Below are positions 54,480-64,000 of a DNA stretch of 64,000 nt, piece by piece (position 1 is the stretch's first letter; the number at the start of each line of letters is the position of its first letter). This DNA is from an uncultured Verrucomicrobiae bacterium (GTDB lineage: Bacteria; Verrucomicrobiota; Verrucomicrobiia; Chthoniobacterales; UBA10450): positions 668,689-732,688 of the forward strand of contig CAVWPA010000001.1 in NCBI GenBank assembly GCA_963756875.1. Direction: 5' to 3'. Position numbers and translations under genes: made by a program. Below the pieces are notes generated by a model that was not told the origin of the DNA, did no database searches, and saw nothing but the letters and a program-made list of their open reading frames with translations.

Positions 54480-55058
54480 ATGAGAATCGGCGTCGTGTCG
54501 GACACGCACGGATATTTTGACCCGAAGCTGAACCAGGTGCTTGCCGGTGTTCAGATGATCCTGCATGCCGGCGACGTCGGCTCACAGGACGTGCTGGACT
54601 CGCTGGGCCGGATCGCACCAGTACGCGCCGTCCGCGGAAACGTCGATTCCCCGGAAGCAGACCTGCCGTTGTCGCAGAAGCTGCACTGTGAGCAAGTGCA
54701 GATCGAAATGGTACACATCCTCCCCGCTTCGCAATCGGAAGTGCAGGAATGGACAGAGCTGGCCTCAGCCGGGAACAAACCGCCGGCAGGAAGCGAGAGG
54801 TTTCTGAAGGCCTTCGATGATTCGACCAACGTCGTTATCTTCGGGCACAGCCATCAGCCGTATCTATCGGCCCTGGGGCGAATACTATTTTTCAACCCGG
54901 GCAGCGCCGGAAAAAAACGATTCTCGTTGCCGCGCTCCTGCGGCTTGCTGGAGCCGGTGCCGGGCGGGATTCTCGCGTCGATCGAGCTGCTGGAGAAGTA
55001 TAATGGTCCCGTACCGCCCAGGATTCAACTAGACTTCAAAAGGATAGCCGGCTTATGA
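54480..55058 (+). CDS. YfcE-like metallophosphoesterase
   Basis: SDTHG, HAGDVG, VRGNVD, FGHSH, FNPGSAG. Confidence 0.92.
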   Translation: MRIGVVSDTHGYFDPKLNQVLAGVQMILHAGDVGSQDVLDSLGRIAPVRAVRGNVDSPEADLPLSQKLHCEQVQIEMVHILPASQSEVQEWTELASAGNKPPAGSERFLKAFDDSTNVVIFGHSHQPYLSALGRILFFNPGSAGKKRFSLPRSCGLLEPVPGGILASIELLEKYNGPVPPRIQLDFKRIAGL

Positions 55059-55189
55059 AGCTAAAAGAGATCAAGCGCGCTCTGAGGATCATCGCGACTG
55101 TCGCCACGGTGGCGTTGATCGTGATTGAAAGGCTGGAAAAAGCTGAACTGAATGTGACCAGGAGGGAAGTCCGGGAAGTCCGTGACTAA
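55055..55189 (+). CDS. Small hypothetical protein (44 aa)
   Basis: ATGA overlap with the upstream stop; MKLKEIKRALRIIATVATVALIVIERLEK... Confidence 0.4.
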   Translation: MKLKEIKRALRIIATVATVALIVIERLEKAELNVTRREVREVRD

Positions 55190-56646
55190 AGCCGTCCCCG
55201 TAAATACGACGCCGCGCGCAAGAGGCGGGCTACAACGCGGTCCCGGCCTAGGACTGCAATTACTTCAAACAATCCTGGCGCCACGGCCTGACCCGTCAGT
55301 GCCACCCGCGACGCGTTGATCAATACTCCTGCCTTGATGCCGCGCTCTTCCGCGAGGCCGCGCAAGCACCGCTCGGTGGTCTGCAAATCGAATGGATTCA
55401 ACTTGGAAAGCCGCTCCGCCAACTCGTCCAGATGTTGCGGCAAACCGGGATCCTTGCAGAATTTATTTATGGATTCGGGATCATAGTCGAACTCATCTGT
55501 AAAGAAAGCGCGCCCCGAGCCCGCGAAATCCTTCAAGCTGCGTGCCCGCGTCTGCAGCAGGTGCACCGAGAGATCAAACCGCTCACGCTCCCCACTTGCG
55601 AAGGTCTCACTCCATATCCCCGCCGTCTTCAGTTCCTTTTCCACCAAAGGCAGCAACCGCTCCGAGGGAAGGTGCCGCAGGTACTCGCTGTTCATCCACG
55701 CGAGCTTTTCCAGGTCGAAAACGGCGTTGGACTTCGAGACGGCTTCCAGCCGAAACGTCCGCGCCATCTCTTCGAGAGGCAGCACTTCCCTTTGTTGCCC
55801 GTCTGATTGCACTGGAGGAGTCCATCCGAGAAGCGCGAGAAAGTTGCGTAAAGCCTCCGGGAGGATTCCCTGTTCGCGGTACGCCCCTACCGCAGTGGCT
55901 CCATGTCGTTTTGAAAGCCGCTGTTTATCCGGACCCAGGATAAGCGGCAGATGCGCGAAGACCGGAACGTTCGCGCCCAGAGCCTGGTACATGAGGAGCT
56001 GCTTGGGAGTATTGGAAAGGTGGTCGGCGCCCCGAATCACGTGGCTTATGCGCATATCGAGATCATCCGCAACCACGCCGAGATGGTAAGTGGGGTTCCC
56101 GTCGGACCGCACAAGGACGAAGTCCTCGAGATCTTTGTTGGAGACGCCTGTGGGGCCGACCACCAAGTCGTTGAAGACTGTCTCTCCGCTTGCCGGCACT
56201 CCGAAGCGCAAGGCGCACGGTCGGCCCTCGGATCGCAGACGGCTGCGCTCCGCGCCGGAGAGACTGCGACATGTTCCCTCATATTTCCAGGCGCGTCGTT
56301 CGGATTCGGCCTTCGTGCGCTTGGCTTGGAGTTCCTCAGCCGTACAGAAGCACGGGTAGGCATGACCGGACCGCTCGAGTTCGACGGCAATCTGTTGATA
56401 CCGGGCGAGACGCTGTGATTGGTGATAAGGTCCCTCGTCCCAATGTAATCCCAGCCATTCCAGGCTTTCGAGGATTGTCGTTACCAGCTCGGGCCTCGAT
56501 CGGTCTGCGTCCGTATCCTCCACCCGAAGAATGAATACGCCTCCCTGTTGCCGGGCAAAAAGCCAGTTGTAAAGCGCGGTGCGCGCACCTCCCACATGCA
56601 GGTAGCCGGTGGGCGACGGGGCAAAACGCACTCTGACGTTGGACAT
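55186..56646 (-). CDS. gltX: Glutamate--tRNA ligase
   Basis: RFAPSPTGYLHVGGAR, LRVEDTD, HVIRGADH, LSKRHGA. Confidence 0.96.
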   Translation of the reverse strand: MSNVRVRFAPSPTGYLHVGGARTALYNWLFARQQGGVFILRVEDTDADRSRPELVTTILESLEWLGLHWDEGPYHQSQRLARYQQIAVELERSGHAYPCFCTAEELQAKRTKAESERRAWKYEGTCRSLSGAERSRLRSEGRPCALRFGVPASGETVFNDLVVGPTGVSNKDLEDFVLVRSDGNPTYHLGVVADDLDMRISHVIRGADHLSNTPKQLLMYQALGANVPVFAHLPLILGPDKQRLSKRHGATAVGAYREQGILPEALRNFLALLGWTPPVQSDGQQREVLPLEEMARTFRLEAVSKSNAVFDLEKLAWMNSEYLRHLPSERLLPLVEKELKTAGIWSETFASGERERFDLSVHLLQTRARSLKDFAGSGRAFFTDEFDYDPESINKFCKDPGLPQHLDELAERLSKLNPFDLQTTERCLRGLAEERGIKAGVLINASRVALTGQAVAPGLFEVIAVLGRDRVVARLLRAASYLRGRL

Positions 56647-56900
56647 ATGGTTATCCCCGGCCCGTACCGCCTTGGGAACGAGATAGCATCCTAGCAGGTT
56701 GCTGCAGAATTCCCTAGACCGGCAGCGCTTAGCTCGTGTTGAACTCAAGGAATCATCACGATAACGAAGCGATCGATGGGCCGAAACCAGGCGCCGCAGA
56801 AGCTTTATTTATCAGTGCCAGAAGATCTATTTGGCCAAAGCTTTTTTATCTGCTTCAGAAAAACTATTTGTTTGACCCCTATTTGGCAATGGCCTTATGG

Positions 56901-56941
56901 TCTTGATGCAGTCTTGATGAGATCTTTATGCGTTCTTTATG
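56901..56941 (+). promoter_or_regulatory. Four 11-bp-period TCTT(G/T)ATG direct repeats upstream of the porin
   Basis: Units start at 56901, 56912, 56923, 56934. Confidence 0.6.
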
Positions 56942-57011
56942 CTGGGCGTCTCATGCTGCCCATTGCGGATACCTTGGAAGCCTCGAAAAGGGGAGAAAGG
57001 CACACAAAACT

Positions 57012-58427
57012 ATGGAAACTGCAGTTCGGAGGGTCGGGGCACTGGCGTGCACTCTGGCGCTGGTTTGTTGTTTAGCCTCAATCACGAAGGCCCAGGATCA
57101 GAGCGCCAATGCTGCGACGAGCGGCTCCTCCGTGGACCTGACGAAGCGAATGGAGGAACTACAGAAGCAGATGGATGCTTTGCAGGGAGAGCTCGCGACG
57201 GTGAAGAAGCAGATGGGTGAATCTCCGACCCGGATGGCTTCTGCCGCACCCGTGGCTGCAACGGCGAGTCAGGCGGCAGCATCGCCGCCGGCAGACGCGC
57301 CCGCGGCAACACCGGCCCAGGCCACGCCCGCGGCTCCGGCCGCAACCACGCTCGCAACCCTGCTGGGTCCGCTGAATGTAACTGGTTTTGTGGACGGCTA
57401 TTACGGTTACAACTTCAACCATCCTCAGACGACTCCGTGTCCGAGCGGTAACATTCCCAGTGGTTTCGCCCCGCCTTGTTCCGGTTTCCGCGCGTTTGAT
57501 GGACCTTCCCAGCAGCTCAGCCTCAACATGATCGAGCTCATCATGGATAAGCCCCCTGACGCGAGTGGCAGCCGCATCGGATATCACGTCGCCTTCGGCT
57601 TTGGCAACGCGATGAACGTTGTGAACGGGGCTGATCCGGGCGGGTTGGGCTTTGCGCAGTATCTTAAGGAAGCATACGGCTCTTATCTGGCGCCCGTCGG
57701 CAAGGGGCTGCAGATCGACTTCGGGAAATTCGTAACGCCCGCCGGCGCAGAGGTCATCGAGAGCAAGGACAATTGGAACTACTCGCGCGGGATACTCTTC
57801 ACCTACGCTATCCCGTTCTACCACTTTGGTTTACGCGCTAAGTATGCGTTCAATGACAAGTACTCGCTGACCGGGTACGTTTTGAATGGCTGGAACAACA
57901 TCATCGACACCAATACAGGCAAAACGTACGGAGCGAGCTTTGCCTGGACTCCCAGCAAGAAATTTAGCCTGATAGAAAACTACCTCGCGGGACCGGAGCA
58001 GATACGCGATAACGGTGACTGGCGGCAGCTTTCAGATACGGTGATTACGTACTCCCCGACCTCGAAACTATCTTTCATCGCCAACTATGACTACGGCCGC
58101 GACCACCTGCCGGCCGCACTGGATTCCGTTTACTGGACCGGAATCGCGGGTTATATCAAGTACGCGTTCGATGATAAGTATGCGTTGGCGACTCGCTACG
58201 AATATTACAACGATCACAGCGGCTTCACTACGGGCACGCCACAACACTTCAACGGGATTACAGGCACTTTTGAGCGCAAGATCGCCGGATCCCTGATTAC
58301 GCGGCTCGAGTACCGCCACGATATGTCCAACCAGCCAAGCTTTGTGAAGGGCACCTCCCCGGTTAAGGGGCAGGATACAGTAGCTGCAGCCCTGATCTAC
58401 ACTTTTGATGTCAAGGAATTGAAGTAG
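57012..58427 (+). CDS. Outer-membrane beta-barrel porin (bbp2/OmpL-like)
   Basis: Signal, coiled coil, GFVDGYYGYNFN, DFGKFVTPAGAEVIE..NWNYSRG..YAIPFYHFG, RLEYRHD. Confidence 0.85.
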   Translation: METAVRRVGALACTLALVCCLASITKAQDQSANAATSGSSVDLTKRMEELQKQMDALQGELATVKKQMGESPTRMASAAPVAATASQAAASPPADAPAATPAQATPAAPAATTLATLLGPLNVTGFVDGYYGYNFNHPQTTPCPSGNIPSGFAPPCSGFRAFDGPSQQLSLNMIELIMDKPPDASGSRIGYHVAFGFGNAMNVVNGADPGGLGFAQYLKEAYGSYLAPVGKGLQIDFGKFVTPAGAEVIESKDNWNYSRGILFTYAIPFYHFGLRAKYAFNDKYSLTGYVLNGWNNIIDTNTGKTYGASFAWTPSKKFSLIENYLAGPEQIRDNGDWRQLSDTVITYSPTSKLSFIANYDYGRDHLPAALDSVYWTGIAGYIKYAFDDKYALATRYEYYNDHSGFTTGTPQHFNGITGTFERKIAGSLITRLEYRHDMSNQPSFVKGTSPVKGQDTVAAALIYTFDVKELK

Positions 58428-58919
58428 TGCTTTTGTCGGGCTCGAGTTCGCAGACTTTTGATCAGTCGCTTGGGGTCTGTAATCTGAACTCTGTCGAATT
58501 ACGCGAGGGTGATTGGGATCTGTCGGGAAGAGTGGATTCGGAACGTCAGGAAGGTGATGAGTCGCGTATTGGCCACCTCCTATTTCCTGGCGCTTTTGAA
58601 ATGCACTCTTCCTTCGGCAGCAACGTGGAGTTGAATCAACCGGATGATTCCTGCTTTGTGAACGTCGACTTTAACATGCGGGCTTCGGGCCTGGGCTTTC
58701 GATCACAAACCCCCACGACCAGCGCCCAACCGAAGCCCGCGCCACCTTTTGAGCGAAATGATGCTTGACCTGCGCCCAGCGCAGATATGCTGCCGGTAAG
58801 GTCGGATTCCTAAGTCTGACCTTTCGCCAAGCCCTCCCAAATCATGGAAGAGCCTGAGTACGCCCCCTCCAAACCAGCCACGGCATAGAGGTTGTATCCG
58901 GGATCTTCTGCGATTCAAT

Positions 58920-60476
58920 TCAACGGTTTTTCCCGTACGGCCGTAGGCGCAGAAAAAACACGACCCCCTTAGGATGTGATCCGTAGATCGGCCGAAGCGA
59001 ATCAGGCACTCCGTAAAAGGTGATTTGCCCTCCGGGCGCCGTTGCCAGGTGAGGAATCAGATCAATATCGTGGTCGAAGCCTGCGGTGTACGCCTGCACC
59101 CGAGCCAGGAAGCGCTCCTCGAAACTGGCGGGTTCCGGCTTTCCGCCGAGAAGTAATTCATTGGTCCGATCCAGGTTTTCCACGCGACCCCAAATGTAGT
59201 TGCGGGTTCGGAAGCGCAACGTGGATTCGATCAGATAGCCGTTGAATACTTCTCCCGCGGGCATCGCGCGATTCCTTCCCCAAATCAGAGTCGTAGCGGA
59301 GTTACCGTTGCTCCAGGGACGATTGTACGTGACGGACGCCGTCATTCTCAGAATGTCTTCGCCGGGGTTGAGTTCTTCGGGGCCTTTCAGGCGTGTGATG
59401 GAGTACTGCCCGCTCCAGTTCTGTGCCGGATTGACAGTCAGACGCGCGGACCACGAATCGAGTTTGCCGCTGTCGATGTTCCAACGATATTCGTCCGGCT
59501 CACGACCATGAAACCCGGAAACTTCCACACGCACGGAACGGTGAGTGAAACCGACCGTCACGACGTCATTCGCGAGATGAGTGGAATCCTGCAAATGGTG
59601 ACCGAGCGCAGCGATCGGGTCCTCACTGGCAGAGACGCGATGCGGGTAGGCGGTCGGACCCATGGCCGGATCGCCGACGGGAGCAACATAAAACGAAAGC
59701 AGGCTTCTCTCACCCAGCTGTAGATCATAGAGCGCCGCCACCTCCATGAAGAAATCATGCGGATGCTGCCCGTCGACGATGGGCCTGCCGAAGGCTGTTT
59801 CGCCGAGCTGAAACAGTTCCGGGTAGCGGCGCCCCGTGATTGTCGCAGGTTCGAGACTCAGCATCGTGCGCAAGGTCAGGGTGCCGGGGCCGAACTCTCG
59901 CTGCGCCATGGGCATGATCCAGTTCGTCGAAAAGATTCTGTCCCTGCCCCGTGGACCGCTCTGTTGAATGGAGTTCAGGAACCCGACGCCATGCAGCATC
60001 AGCATCCAGTTGTGTTTCATGGTCATCAGCATCGGGTGCGGTGTGGAGTTGGGTTCGGCGCTCGTTCCTGCGGTGCCGTGACGCAGAATTTCGTCTACAA
60101 ATGGCGACGCGTGCATTTTCATCCCGCCGTGGTCCTGCATTCCCTGCATGTTGTCCGGCGCGGTCTCACCTTGGGTTGAGTCCGCCTGGTCGCGGGATCG
60201 CTGCAATTGGCTCGGGCCGGCAGCGACCGTCATTTCCGGAGTGTGCCGGCCGCAACCAGCTTCGTGGATGGCACTCTGGCCTGTTGTTCTGCTTGATTGC
60301 TGTCCCGCTTTCGCTTGTTGCATGGCCCCGGTCAGTGGACCCGCGACGTTCCCGCAACTGGATATTCTCGCTGCCCTCGCGCTCTCGGACGGCCAAGCCG
60401 CGCAGAGTATCAACGGCAGCATCCACACGGATACCGGAACTGATGAGGACAGGTTTCTTCGCTTGTGCTCTCCCAT
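58920..60476 (-). CDS. Exported His/Met-rich hypothetical protein, probable outer-membrane barrel
   Basis: MQGMQDHGGMKMH, QHPHDFFME, GHHLQDSTH, ends FFLRLRP. Confidence 0.7.
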   Translation of the reverse strand: MGEHKRRNLSSSVPVSVWMLPLILCAAWPSESARAARISSCGNVAGPLTGAMQQAKAGQQSSRTTGQSAIHEAGCGRHTPEMTVAAGPSQLQRSRDQADSTQGETAPDNMQGMQDHGGMKMHASPFVDEILRHGTAGTSAEPNSTPHPMLMTMKHNWMLMLHGVGFLNSIQQSGPRGRDRIFSTNWIMPMAQREFGPGTLTLRTMLSLEPATITGRRYPELFQLGETAFGRPIVDGQHPHDFFMEVAALYDLQLGERSLLSFYVAPVGDPAMGPTAYPHRVSASEDPIAALGHHLQDSTHLANDVVTVGFTHRSVRVEVSGFHGREPDEYRWNIDSGKLDSWSARLTVNPAQNWSGQYSITRLKGPEELNPGEDILRMTASVTYNRPWSNGNSATTLIWGRNRAMPAGEVFNGYLIESTLRFRTRNYIWGRVENLDRTNELLLGGKPEPASFEERFLARVQAYTAGFDHDIDLIPHLATAPGGQITFYGVPDSLRPIYGSHPKGVVFFLRLRPYGKNR

Positions 60477-60626
60477 TCCCGTCTCCCTTTGTGCCTACAG
60501 GCCTGGCGCACCTGCATCTGGATTATTGACGGAGTTGGACAACAAGGCTGTGGCGGAGAATGCTTGTCGCCTGCTTGCTGGCAGCTCTCGTACTTTCTAA
60601 ATCCGGCCTAAGACGCGAGGGCCCGG

Positions 60627-61079
60627 CTAAATGCGCAAAAGGGATTGGCGGCGGCAAATCATCCGCCCGGTCAGGAGTGTTGGAGGAGAATGAGAGGAGT
60701 CGGGAATGGAAGCGACAGTGTTGGAGGAACCGAAGTTAGTTGATGCTGACAAGTTCGTCCACCGCACCGCATGCGGTTCCGGGACTACGGACGACCCTGC
60801 GGTGGACGAGTCACCAAGCACGATAAAGTTCTGGTGGGGACAAGTGGAATCACCGTGATTTGAGGGTTGGTTCGGCCGAGCAGGCGTGCACGCTTGACAC
60901 TTCCGGTCCGTATACCGCGTCTGACTGGACGAACCCAGCTGCTGAGCGCAGGATTCTAAACCACAGCGTGAGGAGCAGCCGATGACGCTGAAAAACGCCG
61001 CATTCAAAACACCCAGCAGCGCAACGGCCGCTATGTGATTGCGAACGTTCGCTGCCGTAGAAGTTCCGGTTCTACTCAT
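60627..61079 (-). CDS. Cys-rich hypothetical protein ending SPP...LLRI
   Basis: TM then scattered Cys/His; resembles small ORFs that precede metal-transport genes. Confidence 0.5.
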   Translation of the reverse strand: MSRTGTSTAANVRNHIAAVALLGVLNAAFFSVIGCSSRCGLESCAQQLGSSSQTRYTDRKCQACTPARPNQPSNHGDSTCPHQNFIVLGDSSTAGSSVVPEPHAVRWTNLSASTNFGSSNTVASIPDSSHSPPTLLTGRMICRRQSLLRI

Positions 61080-61213
61080 CCCAACAACCTACACAGCGCA
61101 GGAATGTCCCCGACTTCGATCGAGCGTGGCACGCGATTGGCAGATCGCGTGGTTGGCATCGCTGAACGGGTCGGAGTATTGCAATGTGTTGGTATCGCGA
61201 GTCTCCCTGGCGA

Positions 61214-61405
61214 CTATGTGGGTTTAATAACTTTTCCCGCGCGGATGCAGGCCGTGCACACTCGAAGTTTCTTGTGACTCCCGTTTATCAGCGCACGGAC
61301 GCTGCGCAGGTTGGGATTCCAGCGACGCCTGGTGATATTGTGAGCGTGGCTCACCCGATTCCCGTAGTGGGGACGTTTGCCGCAGAGTTCACACATGAAT
61401 GCCAT
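61214..61405 (-). CDS. rpmB: 50S ribosomal protein L28 (Zn-ribbon form)
   Basis: CELCGK..GNRVSHAHNITRRRWNPNL..VCTACIR. Confidence 0.96.
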   Translation of the reverse strand: MAFMCELCGKRPHYGNRVSHAHNITRRRWNPNLRSVRALINGSHKKLRVCTACIRAGKVIKPT

Positions 61406-61654
61406 AGCATACCTCTTCAGACTTGGAAAAGCACCAGCCGGAAACACAATGCTACCAGAAACCCTGATTTTTGCCCATGGTTCAGAGGGTATCCAGTCCA
61501 ACTAGAGATTTGACCGGATGACGCATCACCGGGCTTGGCGGAAGGTCAGCTCATCAAGGCCCTGATAAAACAGACCGCGGCCGTAGATCCTGGGGCGTCA
61601 TCAGCACTGTGTCAGTAGTTCCAAGGCCTGCGGGCCTGTTTGCCAGCAGCCAGC

Positions 61655-61876
61655 CTAGGTCCCTGTTTTCGCGCTCGGCAGGTTCTCATGAGGATGTTCT
61701 TCTTCAGAGGTTCTCTTTAATGCTTGCCTCTGATCCTGCACTTGGTCATCGAGGCGTTCATGGATATAGGTTTGATAGAGCTTCACTTGCGCGCGAAGGG
61801 CCCGGAGACGAGTCCACCAGAAGGCAGCGCCTGCACACAGGCCCAGCAGAAAAGCGACCAGGATCGCGGCTGTCAT
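61655..61876 (-). CDS. Small membrane protein
   Basis: N-terminal TM, helical tail, GAAGGGGG upstream. Confidence 0.5.
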   Translation of the reverse strand: MTAAILVAFLLGLCAGAAFWWTRLRALRAQVKLYQTYIHERLDDQVQDQRQALKRTSEEEHPHENLPSAKTGT

Positions 61877-62261
61877 TGGATTCCCCCTTCAAAGCTGACA
61901 GCGCTCTCGTTCGGAACCCAATTCTTAACCAGTAAAGTCCGGTTTGCAAGTGCCGACTTTTATTAGTCTATATGATCGATGTCATCGTCTAACATGAAAT
62001 ATCGTAGTCAACGGAATAATAGAAATTTTTGGCTGCAGCCTGGGTGAAGAAGCATTCAAATGCCACCGAACTTTGAAACCTCCGACGACTGGATGCCCTG
62101 AACACCCAGAGGTGACGCGAAACAATCTTTCGGAGCGGGGTCTGGTTGGTTCACCTCTGGACGAGGCCCCTGGACGATGGTTGACCCTTCGGACTACCAT
62201 GTAGAAGCAGGCTGAGAGTCGACGATTAGCGTGAAGACGCCCGCTTCCGCTGGCCACGAGT

Positions 62262-64000
62262 ATGGACTCCCTCAAAGACTATCGCAAGAAAAGAAGCTTT
62301 AACCGGACGCCCGAACCTTCGGGCGAACTGTCCAAGAGGTCGCGGGCCGACGGGAATAGCTTTGTGATTCAGAAGCATGACGCCACCCGGCTCCACTATG
62401 ATTTCCGCCTCAAGATTGATGACTCGCTGAAGTCGTGGGCAGTGCCGAAAGGCCCTTCGCTCAATCCCGCGGATAAGCGCCTGGCCATGCAGACCGAGGA
62501 CCACCCTCTTGATTACGGCGGGTTCGAAGGGGTGATACCCCAAGGACAATACGGCGCTGGTCCGGTGATGGTGTGGGACCGTGGCACGTTCGAAGGGGAA
62601 GGCGGCCTGCCGGCTTCGGAGCAGTTGCAGCGTGGCGAACTGAAGTTCACCCTGCACGGCGAAAAGTTGCGCGGTAGCTTCGTGCTGGTCAAGATCCGAT
62701 CCAGTCGGGCGGGCGGCAAGGGCGGCAAGAACGAGAGGCCGTGGCTGCTGATCAAGCACAAGGATGCTGCGGCCGATGCAAACTGGGATATCGAGGAGCA
62801 CGATGGCTCCGTCCTCAGCGGACGGTCCCTCAAGGAAATCGAGGAAGAATTGCCGCCCTTGGGGACGGCCGAACCAGGTCCGGACGCGCTCGAGGGTGCT
62901 CGGCAGGCCAAGATGCCGGCGGGACTGGAGCCGATGCTTGCCGCAATTGCGGAAAAGCCCTTTTCGAATCCCGACTGGCTTTTTGAGATTAAGTGGGACG
63001 GAGTCCGGGCGCTCGCGTGGATCAAGGACGGCAAGCTTGAACTGCGAGCACGTTCTGGGCGCGTAATCACGGATTCCTATCCTGAGCTCGGTCAATTAAC
63101 CAGCCGGTTTCGGGCAACCGAGGCTGTGCTGGATGGTGAAATTGTAGTGCTGGACGAGCACGGCCGCAGCGATTTCGAGCGGCTGCAATCTCGCATGCAC
63201 GTTGTCCGTCCCTCTCCCGCGCTGGCACGACAGGCGCCTGTCGTCTGTTACCTGTTTGACTTGCCTTTTTGCGACGGCTACGACCTCCGCCGAGTGCCGC
63301 TCATCGAGCGGAAGCATCTCCTGAAGCGCCGCCTGGAACCCGGTGATCCTTTTCGCTATGCGGACCACATCGTTGACAAGGGGCGCGAGCTCTTTGAGCT
63401 CGCTCGTCAGCGCGGCCTCGAAGGCATCGTCGGCAAACAGTTATACAGCACGTACGAGCCGGGCGAGCGCAATCCTTCATGGTTGAAGATCAAGATCACG
63501 GCGGAAGTGGATGCGGTAATCGGCGGCTGGACTGCGCCGCGTGGCTCGCGCACGCACTTCGGTGCCTTGCTGCTTGGCCTTTACCAAGGGAAGGAGCTGC
63601 GCTTCATTGGCGGTGTGGGGACTGGATTCACAGAAAAGTCGCAGGCTGAGGTGTTTCGACGTCTGCAGAAACTCAAGACCACCCATTGCCCGTTTAACAA
63701 GGTGCCCGACACGAGAGAAAAGCCTGTCTGGGTGGAGCCTGAGCTGGTTGCCAAGGTCAAATACAGCAACTGGACAGAGGAGCAGCGCCTGCGTGCGCCT
63801 GTCTTCATGGGATTGCGCGATGATCTCAATCCGAGGGAGTGTCGACTTCGAGACCAGGTGCCCGTGACCCGAAATCGTGAGCCGGCGCTTAGCAGCAGCG
63901 AGACTGGACCCGGGGCCCGGAGTTCCGGGACCCGTAAATCGCGAACGGCCAACCCCGGTGCCGATGGTTCAGAACAACCTCAGGCGGGCGGTAACTGCGC
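62262..64000 (+). CDS. ligD: NHEJ DNA ligase D (phosphoesterase + ligase domains; runs off window)
   Basis: Manual translation: YRKKRSFNRTPEP, FVIQKHDATRLHYDFRL, SWAVPKGPS, EIKWDGVRA, LDGEIV, EGIVGK, WLKIK. Confidence 0.95.
   Translation, partial: MDSLKDYRKKRSFNRTPEPSGELSKRSRADGNSFVIQKHDATRLHYDFRLKIDDSLKSWAVPKGPSLNPADKRLAMQTEDHPLDYGGFEGVIPQGQYGAGPVMVWDRGTFEGEGGLPASEQLQRGELKFTLHGEKLRGSFVLVKIRSSRAGGKGGKNERPWLLIKHKDAAADANWDIEEHDGSVLSGRSLKEIEEELPPLGTAEPGPDALEGARQAKMPAGLEPMLAAIAEKPFSNPDWLFEIKWDGVRALAWIKDGKLELRARSGRVITDSYPELGQLTSRFRATEAVLDGEIVVLDEHGRSDFERLQSRMHVVRPSPALARQAPVVCYLFDLPFCDGYDLRRVPLIERKHLLKRRLEPGDPFRYADHIVDKGRELFELARQRGLEGIVGKQLYSTYEPGERNPSWLKIKITAEVDAVIGGWTAPRGSRTHFGALLLGLYQGKELRFIGGVGTGFTEKSQAEVFRRLQKLKTTHCPFNKVPDTREKPVWVEPELVAKVKYSNWTEEQRLRAPVFMGLRDDLNPRECRLRDQVPVTRNREPALSSSETGPGARSSGTRKSRTANPGADGSEQPQAGGNC

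Noticed and set aside
56884..56900. Sigma-54 promoter upstream of the porin (TGGCAA...)
   Set aside because: The -12 GC element is missing (TTAT instead of TTGC).
62226..63952. Minus-strand ORFs opposite ligD (likewise 82..420, 4288..5379, 14886..16283, 51768..52892)
   Set aside because: Antisense shadows of well-supported genes in GC-rich DNA.

Overview
The window looks like two unrelated genomic segments joined near 31.36 kb, and it carries many frameshifts that resemble long-read indel errors. The left part (1 to ~31.36 kb) is Verrucomicrobia/Chthoniobacterales-like by inference. It holds glnD (partial), a histidine kinase, pgi, a REP-associated tyrosine transposase (RAYT) between REP doublets, icd, and three tandem PEP-CTERM units. 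It also has three type II toxin-antitoxin (TA) pairs, an exosortase/TPR operon, a WecB/TagA glycosyltransferase, a four-helix-bundle gene, a carbamoyltransferase, and a giant secreted protein with a C-terminal alpha/beta hydrolase followed by a possible immunity gene. Its intergenic DNA is saturated with 7-bp-period arrays of many different sequences, REP hairpins and 20-40 bp palindromic mini-elements. These nest inside each other at recurring sites, bracket TA and four-helix-bundle genes like cassettes, and sit in frame inside protein genes. This repeat system, and a possible PEP-CTERM polyprotein, are the most unusual observations. The right part (~31.36-64 kb) is Acidobacteria-like by inference and lacks these repeats. 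It holds a YyaL-like thioredoxin protein, TlpA, a split methylmalonyl-CoA mutase, a cytochrome c/Cu-monooxygenase-like protein, a LuxR-Sel1 regulator, exosortase/EpsI plus a PEP-CTERM target, YggX, an ECF sigma operon, a TPR protein, gltX, a porin, rpmB and ligD (partial). No rRNA, tRNA or CRISPR array was recognised. All calls come from motif recognition by eye; no database search was run.
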